A stretch of DNA of 64,000 nt from Alphaproteobacteria bacterium (GTDB lineage Bacteria > Pseudomonadota > Alphaproteobacteria > Rs-D84 > CACZYB01): NCBI GenBank assembly GCA_016297965.1, contig JAEDDP010000004.1, positions 15,661 through 79,660 on the forward strand, in the 5' to 3' direction. The stretch's first letter is position 1. The number at the start of each line of letters is the position of its first letter. Below the pieces are notes generated by a model. That model saw only the letters and a program-made list of their open reading frames with translations. It was not told the DNA's origin and did not search any database. Positions 31,596 to 39,823 of this stretch are shown piece after piece. The translations under genes and the position numbers were made by a program.

Positions 31596-31865
31596 ATGAA
31601 AAAGCTTTTATTTACCGCAATACTTATTTCAATATTATCCTTTAATGCCTCTGCTGTAAAGGAGGTATACCAAACAATAGAAACGGAAAATGCAAAATAT
31701 TCCTGTTATGCAAAAACTTGCTCCCGCATTGATGGAAAGGAAGAAATTGGTGAAAAATTTTCATATACATCAATAACAACTTCAAATTCCGGAAAATCAT
31801 CATCAAAAAGACATTACTATTGCACCACAACAAAGGAAGGCGCAACCTGTAAGCTTTCACACTAA
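31596..31865 (+). CDS. Small secreted Cys-containing protein (89 aa)
   Basis: SD AAGGAG 7 nt upstream of the ATG at 31596, a signal peptide MKKLLFTAILISILSFNASA, and 4 Cys. Its stop overlaps the convergent comEC stop. Confidence 0.5.
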   Translation: MKKLLFTAILISILSFNASAVKEVYQTIETENAKYSCYAKTCSRIDGKEEIGEKFSYTSITTSNSGKSSSKRHYYCTTTKEGATCKLSH

Positions 31866-34507
31866 TCAAACGTTTTCAATACATTTGAAAATGAATCGTC
31901 ATTTTTATTTGGTGTATAACCATAAACCCACGGACGATTTCCGATATAGTTTTTAACCGTCCTAAATTTTACCTTTTTATCATCAAAGAAAAATTCGGCA
32001 CCCCTCGCCCGACGCAAAAATGACTTGTCAAACACCCTTTTCTTACATTTAAAAAAGGCCTTGTTTTTATAAAATGTTGTAAATAAAACATCACTATTTA
32101 AACAGGCATCCTTGTAATCCTTATATTGGTTTACAAACGACACATTCACACCGTTCAAATTGAAATTATCCTGACTGCTTTGTTCAATATTTTTTATTCC
32201 GGTATGTTGCGACCAACCATCCAAGGTCATTTTTGCCGGTGGATACTTACTTTTACTTACAACAACAATTTTATCCTTTTCCACAACACCAAACAAAGTC
32301 CCATTTTTATCCACCAAAAGATTAGGATTTTTTGTAAACACATACGACACCAAGCCCAAGCAAATAAAAACAAGTCCCAACTTTTTCCATTTTTGGCTCC
32401 AAAGGAAAAACCAAATCATTCCCAAAAGGATAAACATCAACGAAAAAAGACTCATTGATTTAACATCAATTGACGCATACGGAAGCGCAGAAACACGAAA
32501 TGCAAAGAAATTTATTCCATCAACCCCAAGTTCCGCCACCTTTAAAAACAACCATTCCAAACCAAATGGCATAGTTAAAAAGGCAAACAATATCGCCGGC
32601 ATAACCACAAAAGAAAACAACGGAATACCAAAGAAATTACCAAGTACACTATAAAGTTGTACTGTGTTAAAGTTGTAAACGACAAATGGCGCAATGGCAA
32701 GCCCCGTAAAAAACGAAGTCAAACTTGTCGCCCAAAATGTATTTAATAATTTTATGATTTTTGTTCTAAATGGTGATTCGTAATCATTGTTTGGAATAAT
32801 CCATGATTCCCGTTTTTCATACAGTTTTATAAGAGATACAACCGCAACAAATGACATTTGAAAACCGGCATTAACCAATGCTTCCGGCGACAACAATAAT
32901 ATTATAATCGCACTTACTGCAATGAACCGAAGGGAAAAAGGACTCCGGTCAATCAATACGGCAATAAGCGCCAATGTTGTCATAATGAATGCTCGTTGCG
33001 TTGGCAACCGCGCCCCACTTACAAACAAATAAAACACACTGAACATCAATGCAAAAACTACGGCAATTTTTTTTGTATTATACCTGTTTGACAACGGCAT
33101 CCAACATGCCAAAATCAACCGAACGACAAAAAATGCAAATCCCACAATTAAGGTCATATGGAATCCAGAAATGGCAAGCATATGTGATATACCGGCACCC
33201 TTGTACGCCTCTGAAATATCATCTGAAATTGAATAACGCTCCCCTGTCATCATTGACATAATAACACCGGATACATCCTTACTTGTATCACGTTCAACAG
33301 TTAAATTTATCCGATTTCTTAAATCCAAAAATTTAAAAAACAGATTTTCAAAAACGGAATTTTTAATTTGAACTTCGGAATATTTCCATCCATCAAACGA
33401 CCGGCCACTTGCTGATAATTCCTTATAATAAGAATATCGTGCAAAATCAAATCCATCAACAGTTATTGGTTCAAACGGAGGAATAAGTGAGGAATTAAAG
33501 GTCAATGTTTTTCCCATTTTCGGCATCCCAAAAGACTTATCAAACTTCACCCGAATTTTATTAAGTGGTACATTTTCCCCATCCACAACCTGCACCTTAT
33601 CAAAGGTAAGCCTGTACTGATTTTCAAAATTTTCACTGCTTATCACCCTTGCGGTAATTTGTGCATTTTTTATGTTTTTATCAAGAAGATACGTATTCAA
33701 CACATTTGTTTTAAGCTTTATTACAAACACCCCTAAAATAAAAAAGAATAAAACATAATTAAATGACACAACAAACCGAACACAACCATTTACAACATTT
33801 TCCGGAACATATTTAAAAACCAACCCAACCGTACGACGAAAGAACCGAACAACATTCCGACGAACGATTCTTTTTATACGAATAATAAAACGAACCAAAG
33901 GATTGTTAAAGATTCCACCAAACACAAATCCGGTTAACAACTTTGTCTTTTTGATAAGCAAACGAAAAACTTTGTGTACCGGTTTCTTTTTGTTATGCGA
34001 AGTTTTCACCACATTCTTTGAATACTTTGAAAGCTTTGTTTTTTGGAATCGGTTGGTAATCGGACGAAAAATAAACTTTATAACCTTCCAAATCCCCTTC
34101 ATCAAAGAATTATCGTATATAAGTGCAAAATATTTAAGGTAATAGGAATATTCAAGTATTGAAACAAACCAACTTCCAATCAAAATAAACAGTGTTATAT
34201 GCCCCACAATCGGAAATAATAATGCAAAAAGTGCAAACTTTAACACCTTTTTAATAATGTATTTGAAAGTAGAAAGAATAACTAAAAGCTTGTAACGCTT
34301 CACCTTATCCGACGAATTTCCAAAGTTCACAAACAAAAGAATAAGGCTACTTATAATAAAAACTAAATTTACAACCCAAGTTTTTGGCTCATTATACAAA
34401 TGAAAATAATACCCAATCCCAAGTCCAATAAACACCGGAATAAAAAGGGGAAAATTTTGAATTTCCTCCCGTAAATTAGAAACTATGTAAGAAAAAATCT
34501 TACCCAA
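31862..34507 (-). CDS. comEC: DNA internalisation competence protein ComEC/Rec2 family
   Basis: Polytopic membrane protein with the Competence-domain signature ISHMLAISGFHM. No HxHxDH metallo-beta-lactamase motif is visible in the C-terminal part. TTG start with AGAGGG as SD. Confidence 0.8.
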   Translation of the reverse strand: MGKIFSYIVSNLREEIQNFPLFIPVFIGLGIGYYFHLYNEPKTWVVNLVFIISSLILLFVNFGNSSDKVKRYKLLVILSTFKYIIKKVLKFALFALLFPIVGHITLFILIGSWFVSILEYSYYLKYFALIYDNSLMKGIWKVIKFIFRPITNRFQKTKLSKYSKNVVKTSHNKKKPVHKVFRLLIKKTKLLTGFVFGGIFNNPLVRFIIRIKRIVRRNVVRFFRRTVGLVFKYVPENVVNGCVRFVVSFNYVLFFFILGVFVIKLKTNVLNTYLLDKNIKNAQITARVISSENFENQYRLTFDKVQVVDGENVPLNKIRVKFDKSFGMPKMGKTLTFNSSLIPPFEPITVDGFDFARYSYYKELSASGRSFDGWKYSEVQIKNSVFENLFFKFLDLRNRINLTVERDTSKDVSGVIMSMMTGERYSISDDISEAYKGAGISHMLAISGFHMTLIVGFAFFVVRLILACWMPLSNRYNTKKIAVVFALMFSVFYLFVSGARLPTQRAFIMTTLALIAVLIDRSPFSLRFIAVSAIIILLLSPEALVNAGFQMSFVAVVSLIKLYEKRESWIIPNNDYESPFRTKIIKLLNTFWATSLTSFFTGLAIAPFVVYNFNTVQLYSVLGNFFGIPLFSFVVMPAILFAFLTMPFGLEWLFLKVAELGVDGINFFAFRVSALPYASIDVKSMSLFSLMFILLGMIWFFLWSQKWKKLGLVFICLGLVSYVFTKNPNLLVDKNGTLFGVVEKDKIVVVSKSKYPPAKMTLDGWSQHTGIKNIEQSSQDNFNLNGVNVSFVNQYKDYKDACLNSDVLFTTFYKNKAFFKCKKRVFDKSFLRRARGAEFFFDDKKVKFRTVKNYIGNRPWVYGYTPNKNDDSFSNVLKTFD

Positions 34508-34645
34508 AACAACCCTCTTTATCTGTAATTACAAAGGTAATGATAAAGTGTTTATTACATAAAATCAAATATTTTTAAATTTTTAAGAAAAAATATCTTG
34601 AAAAGAATTTTTTACGTGATATACTTTATACATCATTTTTCAAAA

Positions 34646-34722
34646 CGGGGAGTAGCTCAGTCTGGTAGAGTACTAGTTTTGGGAACTAGGTGCCGCAAGT
34701 TCAAATCTTGTCTCCCCGACCA
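34646..34722 (+). tRNA. tRNA-Pro (anticodon UGG), CCA encoded
   Basis: Acceptor CGGGGAG/CTCCCCG, anticodon arm CTAGT-TTTGGGA-ACTAG, T-arm GCAAG-TTCAAAT-CTTGT. Confidence 0.92.
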
Positions 34723-34754
34723 TTGAAATTTGATGTCAGAGAAACAATCATTGT

Positions 34755-34778
34755 CCTCCGCATGTGGGGGCTTTTTTT
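34755..34778 (+). terminator. Intrinsic terminator after tRNA-Pro
   Basis: CCTCC-gcatgt-GGGGG followed by C and T7. Confidence 0.7.
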
Positions 34779-34875
34779 ATATCTTTTTCAAACCGTTTTT
34801 TTACAAAAAAAATAAAAGCATCACTTTTATATGACGCCTTATTTTTTCTTAATTAAAAAGAAGGGAAAGAAACTT

Positions 34876-35745
34876 TTATCTCATCTTATCCAAAACTTCA
34901 TTCAACATTATCGCATTGATTTTACGACCATTATATTTGAATTTAATTTCATCCAATGCCCTTTTATGAAGGGATACATCGGAAAATGGAACCATACCTC
35001 TTTTTTCGTTAAACAAAGACATTTTCGCCATTGTTTCAACAAAAACCTTATCCGCCTTTGAAAGCTCACTTGTATAAATCATTTTATCTAATTCCCGTAT
35101 AAAGCTGTCAAAAAACTTTTCTGGGAAATACGATTTTTCAACAATCTTTCGTACAAAGTTCAAAACCTCACTAGTTTCAAGATTGTACTTATCACTTACA
35201 ATATACTTATGCGCCTGATTCAAATAAAATCCGGCATCATCTTCATCCTTATCCGAACTGCCAAGATAGCCAAGCACCAATCGATTCTTTAAAACACTAA
35301 CCAATTCTTCATAAAATTCCTTCCAAGAAATATCTGTAAGTGAATATTCTTCGCCAAAGGAATCAAGGAACTGACCTTCCCTGTCAAAAAAACCAGTCAT
35401 TTTATTATAGAGGAAAAAGTAATCCAAACCTTTTGAAAGGGAAATTTGTTTTGCAATCTTTGCACCAAATCTCTTATATGACATAGTCGCAATAACATCA
35501 GAATTATCAACTTCACCCAATTCATTTTGCTTTTTAAATAACAAAAGCTCACCATTTTTATTTCGCCTGCCTGCATCCGACAAAAGCTGTACTTTTTCAA
35601 CATGTTCCAAAACATTGGAATGTCTTGCATCATTGGGTGCCTTTATAACATCTGTTGCCAACACATTGTCCTGACCGCCCGGAACGAGATAAAGCACTTT
35701 TTGTTCTAAAACATCAATTTGTGGTATTTCATAAATATAAGACAT
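34876..35745 (-). CDS. Hypothetical protein (289 aa), translationally coupled partner of the RelA/SpoT-like ORF
   Basis: Its SD GAGGTG (35756..35751) overlaps the TGA stop of the upstream ORF. No recognisable domain. Confidence 0.6.
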   Translation of the reverse strand: MSYIYEIPQIDVLEQKVLYLVPGGQDNVLATDVIKAPNDARHSNVLEHVEKVQLLSDAGRRNKNGELLLFKKQNELGEVDNSDVIATMSYKRFGAKIAKQISLSKGLDYFFLYNKMTGFFDREGQFLDSFGEEYSLTDISWKEFYEELVSVLKNRLVLGYLGSSDKDEDDAGFYLNQAHKYIVSDKYNLETSEVLNFVRKIVEKSYFPEKFFDSFIRELDKMIYTSELSKADKVFVETMAKMSLFNEKRGMVPFSDVSLHKRALDEIKFKYNGRKINAIMLNEVLDKMR

Positions 35746-35754
35746 AATAACACC

Positions 35755-36780
35755 TCATAAATCTCTTGCTTGACAAAGAGCTTTCGTTAACGCAATGGAT
35801 GAACCTGCACGATTAAGCATTTCATCCCGTTCTTCTTTATTATCATTATAAGGAAGAATTTGAATTGAATTTGGATGGTTCACATTATAATTTGTGATAA
35901 CATTATCAACGTGAATTGCACGAAGCAAAGCCTTTAACACCTTTTTAAAGGTTTGTTCTGGCAAATCATCCCCAACCATAGGAGTAAACGTCCTTATTAT
36001 TTCATAAATAACGTGTGTTTTTTCATACACATCAACAAAGCAATCCAATGTTGCAATAACTTCACAAATTAAAAAATCACCCTTTCGTTTTCTCTTGCCA
36101 TCAATAAAGCTTGGGATTGGAATTTTAACATAAAATTTAAAGTCCATATAATTACTTGGTTTAAGACTTGGTTTCTTTGTTAAAAATCTGTATTTTTTTC
36201 TTTGTTTTTCATCAACATCTAATAAAAAGGAATTTGAAATGCAAATATCGGTCCGTGGCAAATTATTCATCAAATATTTTGCCGGATTATATCTTTTCAA
36301 AAGCTTATCTATTGTATGTGTTTTTTCAAGGACTGCATTACCTTTTTCATCCTTTACCGGTTCACCATTTTCATTCAATTTTTCGGAGATGTAGGTAAAG
36401 CTCTCATCGTTAAACGATGGTGATAAAAAGTCATAATTTTGTGTAAAATCATCTTCGGTAAATTTGGTCGTAGAAATAAATTGAAGGAAGTCCAACAATT
36501 CCTCAACTGTTTTAAATGAAACGGTACCCCTTACAACATCAAGAATATCACTGGCACCATAAATATCATCATCCTTTTCAATTTTTTCATTGATACGCTT
36601 TCTGCTTTTAAGTGGTACAACAGTTGTACGCATAGTCGTATTGTGTGCCTTTTCAAACTTTTCCTTTAATACAAGAAGAAAATAGTCAAAAGCACCCTTC
36701 ACTGCCCCACCAAAATTGATAAGGTCATCTACTTTCACATCATCTGGCTGTCTTGGTTTTCCCGTTCTAATATTTTCCAT
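35755..36780 (-). CDS. Divergent RelA/SpoT (RSH) synthetase-like protein (341 aa); functional call tentative
   Basis: aa 56-99 PLKSRKRINEKIEKDDDIYGASDILDVVRGTVSFKTVEELLDFL resembles RVKxxxSIxEK...DIxDIAGxRVxxxFxDDV. aa 210-260 NYMDFKFYVKI...FLICEVIATLDCFVDVYEKTHVIYE resembles GYRSxHxVV...xEIQIRTxxxxxWAxxEHxxxYK. An extra insertion of about 85 aa separates the two blocks. Confidence 0.4.
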   Translation of the reverse strand: MENIRTGKPRQPDDVKVDDLINFGGAVKGAFDYFLLVLKEKFEKAHNTTMRTTVVPLKSRKRINEKIEKDDDIYGASDILDVVRGTVSFKTVEELLDFLQFISTTKFTEDDFTQNYDFLSPSFNDESFTYISEKLNENGEPVKDEKGNAVLEKTHTIDKLLKRYNPAKYLMNNLPRTDICISNSFLLDVDEKQRKKYRFLTKKPSLKPSNYMDFKFYVKIPIPSFIDGKRKRKGDFLICEVIATLDCFVDVYEKTHVIYEIIRTFTPMVGDDLPEQTFKKVLKALLRAIHVDNVITNYNVNHPNSIQILPYNDNKEERDEMLNRAGSSIALTKALCQARDL

Positions 36781-36812
36781 AATACACTATACCTATTTTC
36801 CTTATTAACCAT

Positions 36813-36841
36813 AATATAATTACTTTGAACCCATTTGTCAA
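36813..36841 (-). promoter_or_regulatory. Near-consensus sigma70 promoter for the two-gene cassette
   Basis: On the minus strand: TTGACA (36841..36836), a 17-nt spacer, then TATATT (36818..36813). A second TTGACAAA lies 12 nt further upstream. Confidence 0.6.
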
Positions 36842-36860
36842 TAGTTTTGTCAAATTATTT

Positions 36861-38957
36861 TCAACCTTTCAAATTAAGACTTTTTGTACTATATTCAAAC
36901 AGATACAATAAATTTTGTAAATCCTTCCATCTTTGGGTATTATTTTTTTTGTCATACAAAAGGATATTTTTTACATCCTGCGATGCCGCCATAAACAGGT
37001 GGTAATCATCCTCAATATTAGCAATTTTAAAATCAACAATACCACTTTGCCGTATCCCCAAAATATCACCGGCACCACGAAGCTTTAAATCCTTTTCGGC
37101 AATCTTAAATCCATCGGTTGTTTCCTTCATCACCGAAAGCCGTTCCCTTGCCATCTTGCTAATCTTATTTGAATGAAGCAAAATACAAACAGACTTATCG
37201 CCACCACGACCAATTCGTCCCCTAAGTTGATGAAGTGAGGAAAGCCCAAATCGTTCACTGTGTTCTATAACCATCAATGTTGCCTCGGGAACATTAACAC
37301 CAACTTCAATAACCGTTGTAGCAACAAGTATTTTTATTTTTCCATTCGGATTCGCAAAATCGGACATTATAACATCCTTTTCCACACCCTTCATTTTTCC
37401 GTGAATAAGGGCAACCGCATCACCAAAAACACGTTTCATTTCTTCAAATCTGGTCTGGGCCGCCGATAAATCAAGCTTTTCACTTTCCTCCACCAACGGA
37501 CAAACCCAATAAAGCTTTTTAATACTTCCGTCATCAAGGTTCCGTTTAATTGATTGAATAAGTTCATCAATTTTTGACATATTCATAACAAGGGTTTCAA
37601 CTTTTTTCCGGTTCGGTGGCATTTCATCAATAACCGACAAATCCATATCCCCAAACGATGCCATGGCAAGGGTCCGTGGAATTGGCGTTGCCGTCATTGT
37701 CAAAATATTCGCACTAAATTCACCTCCCTTATCCGAAAGGTTAAGCCGTTGATGCACCCCAAATTTATGTTGTTCATCAATCACCGAAAGGTAAAGGTTT
37801 TTAAATTCAACACTGTCTTGAAAAAGCGCATGCGTTCCGATAACAATATCTACCATTCCGGATTTTAAAAGGTCAAGTTTTTCCCGTTTTACCTTCCCCT
37901 TATCCTTTCCGGTCAACAACATCAAACGAACCCTTTCACAAATTCCGGCATTATTAAGAAGTTTTGTAAATGTTTCAAAATGTTGTTCCGCCAAAATTTC
38001 CGTTGGAACCATAAAGGCACCCTGCCCGCCACCTTCCACAACCGAAAGAAGGGCAAGCATCGCAATAATCGTTTTACCACTTCCAACATCACCTTGAAGA
38101 AGGCGAAGCATTCGTTCATCCGAAACTAAATCATTATAAATTTCATTCCATACCCGATTTTGCGCACCCGTAAGTTCAAACCCAAACGCCCGCAAAAAAG
38201 GAACGGTAAGACTTCCATCCGCCAAAACTTTTACACCCTTTTCTTTCTTAAAATTTTCCCGCGATAATGCAAGGGCAAGCTGGTTCGCCAATATCTCATC
38301 ATAGGCAATTCTTTCCCTCGCCCGTGTTATAACATCATTATTTTTTTGCGGATTATGAAGTCGTTTTAATGCATCCGAAAATGAAATCTCTGCTCCATCT
38401 TGCCATTCCGGTAGGTCCGGTAAATTATTAAGGAGTATTGAAACAACATTCCGTATCATCTTGTTTGTAATGGCATAGGTAAGCGGATATATTGGTTCCA
38501 ACGTTGCAATTTTTTCAAAATCAGACACCGACACAATATAATCCGGATGGGAAATACTCCGTTCTCCATTAAATTCATCCACCTTGCCACTTACACAAAC
38601 CTTTCCACCAACTGGAAGTTGCCGTTTAAGGTAATCACCGGCATTAAAAAAGTTAAGTGTTATCAAACCACTTTCATCACTACATAAAACTTTGTACGGA
38701 ATTTTCCGACCACGAACAAACGGCGCAGGAGTATGTTTTAAAATATTAAGCCGAAGGGTGGCAATTTTTCCAATTTCCGCATCCATAATCAACGGACAAT
38801 AACTTCTATCAATAAAACTAACCGGAAAATGAAAAAGCAAATCTTTAAACCTTGTATTCGGTAAAAGTCGCGAAAGTCCATCAAAAAACTTTTCACCAAC
38901 CCCCTTTACCTGACGCAAAGATTTAAAAAAATATTGTAAATTTTCCTGCATAACCAT
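36861..38957 (-). CDS. recG: ATP-dependent DNA helicase RecG
   Basis: Walker A GDVGSGKT, DEQHKFG, QLRGRIGRG, and an N-terminal wedge/OB region. Confidence 0.95.
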   Translation of the reverse strand: MVMQENLQYFFKSLRQVKGVGEKFFDGLSRLLPNTRFKDLLFHFPVSFIDRSYCPLIMDAEIGKIATLRLNILKHTPAPFVRGRKIPYKVLCSDESGLITLNFFNAGDYLKRQLPVGGKVCVSGKVDEFNGERSISHPDYIVSVSDFEKIATLEPIYPLTYAITNKMIRNVVSILLNNLPDLPEWQDGAEISFSDALKRLHNPQKNNDVITRARERIAYDEILANQLALALSRENFKKEKGVKVLADGSLTVPFLRAFGFELTGAQNRVWNEIYNDLVSDERMLRLLQGDVGSGKTIIAMLALLSVVEGGGQGAFMVPTEILAEQHFETFTKLLNNAGICERVRLMLLTGKDKGKVKREKLDLLKSGMVDIVIGTHALFQDSVEFKNLYLSVIDEQHKFGVHQRLNLSDKGGEFSANILTMTATPIPRTLAMASFGDMDLSVIDEMPPNRKKVETLVMNMSKIDELIQSIKRNLDDGSIKKLYWVCPLVEESEKLDLSAAQTRFEEMKRVFGDAVALIHGKMKGVEKDVIMSDFANPNGKIKILVATTVIEVGVNVPEATLMVIEHSERFGLSSLHQLRGRIGRGGDKSVCILLHSNKISKMARERLSVMKETTDGFKIAEKDLKLRGAGDILGIRQSGIVDFKIANIEDDYHLFMAASQDVKNILLYDKKNNTQRWKDLQNLLYLFEYSTKSLNLKG

Positions 38958-39012
38958 TTACCCTTCAACTACTATAAAATACCAAATTTCAAGGTAAAAG
39001 TCAATCACGACA

Positions 39013-39750
39013 CTATCGGATTTTTTTCAAAATATCATCCAAAACACAGCTTGATGAAAAAACTTCTTCTATTTGATATTTGTAAACTATTGCCGTATCA
39101 GCAATATATGGGTCAAATAAAATACTTTTGTTCTTTTTAAGATAGTTTAGTGTTTCCAACAATGTAAACGGATTTTTATTATAACACCGTGTACCCATAA
39201 GCGCCGAAATCACATCGGCAACCTTTGCCACACGACCAAGAAGAGAAATTTCCGTTCCCTTTTTACCAAACGGATAACCTGTACCATTATAATTTTCGTG
39301 ATGTTCGGTAATTACACACAATGCCGCCTTATAAAATTCTCCCTCATATTTTGTAAGGTTTTTCTTTAACAACATCAACTCAATTAAAATTTGTTTACCA
39401 TAAAGTGGATGAAGTTTAATCTGATTATATTCATCTTTGGTCAATGCAAACGGTTTATTAAGTATTTTTTCGGAAATTCTTAATTTGCCTAAATCATGTA
39501 CTTCATAGATGTACGACAAAGTATCCAAATCAATGTTTTTAAAAACACTTTCTTCAATCCCAGAAATTGAAACTTTTTTAAAATCAATATTTTTCAAAAT
39601 CACTCTGGCAATTTGTGAAACTTCACGACTGTGCTTTGCCAAATCAACACTTTTTGAATAGGTAATTTTTGAAATTAAATCTATCGTATCCTGTACATAA
39701 AGCACGGATTTTTCATTCATCGTAGCGGTATCTTCAACAGATATTTTCAT
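39013..39750 (-). CDS. Stand-alone HD-GYP domain protein (putative cyclic-dinucleotide phosphodiesterase)
   Basis: HDLGKL and HHENYNGTGYP motifs. No receiver or other sensor domain was recognised. Confidence 0.78.
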   Translation of the reverse strand: MKISVEDTATMNEKSVLYVQDTIDLISKITYSKSVDLAKHSREVSQIARVILKNIDFKKVSISGIEESVFKNIDLDTLSYIYEVHDLGKLRISEKILNKPFALTKDEYNQIKLHPLYGKQILIELMLLKKNLTKYEGEFYKAALCVITEHHENYNGTGYPFGKKGTEISLLGRVAKVADVISALMGTRCYNKNPFTLLETLNYLKKNKSILFDPYIADTAIVYKYQIEEVFSSSCVLDDILKKIR

Positions 39751-39823
39751 ATAATAAATTCACTTTCCTCATAAAATAAAATAAAAATATATAACAAAAA
39801 TATCTTGGCTTCAAGGAAAATAA

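Noticed and set aside
34646-36860. A genomic island integrated at tRNA-Pro and carrying the RelA/SpoT-like cassette.
   Set aside because: There is no integrase or recombinase gene. No direct repeat of the tRNA 3' end (…TCTCCCCGACCA) is found near 36780..36860. There is no obvious composition shift. The cassette may still be accessory, but island boundaries cannot be shown from this window.
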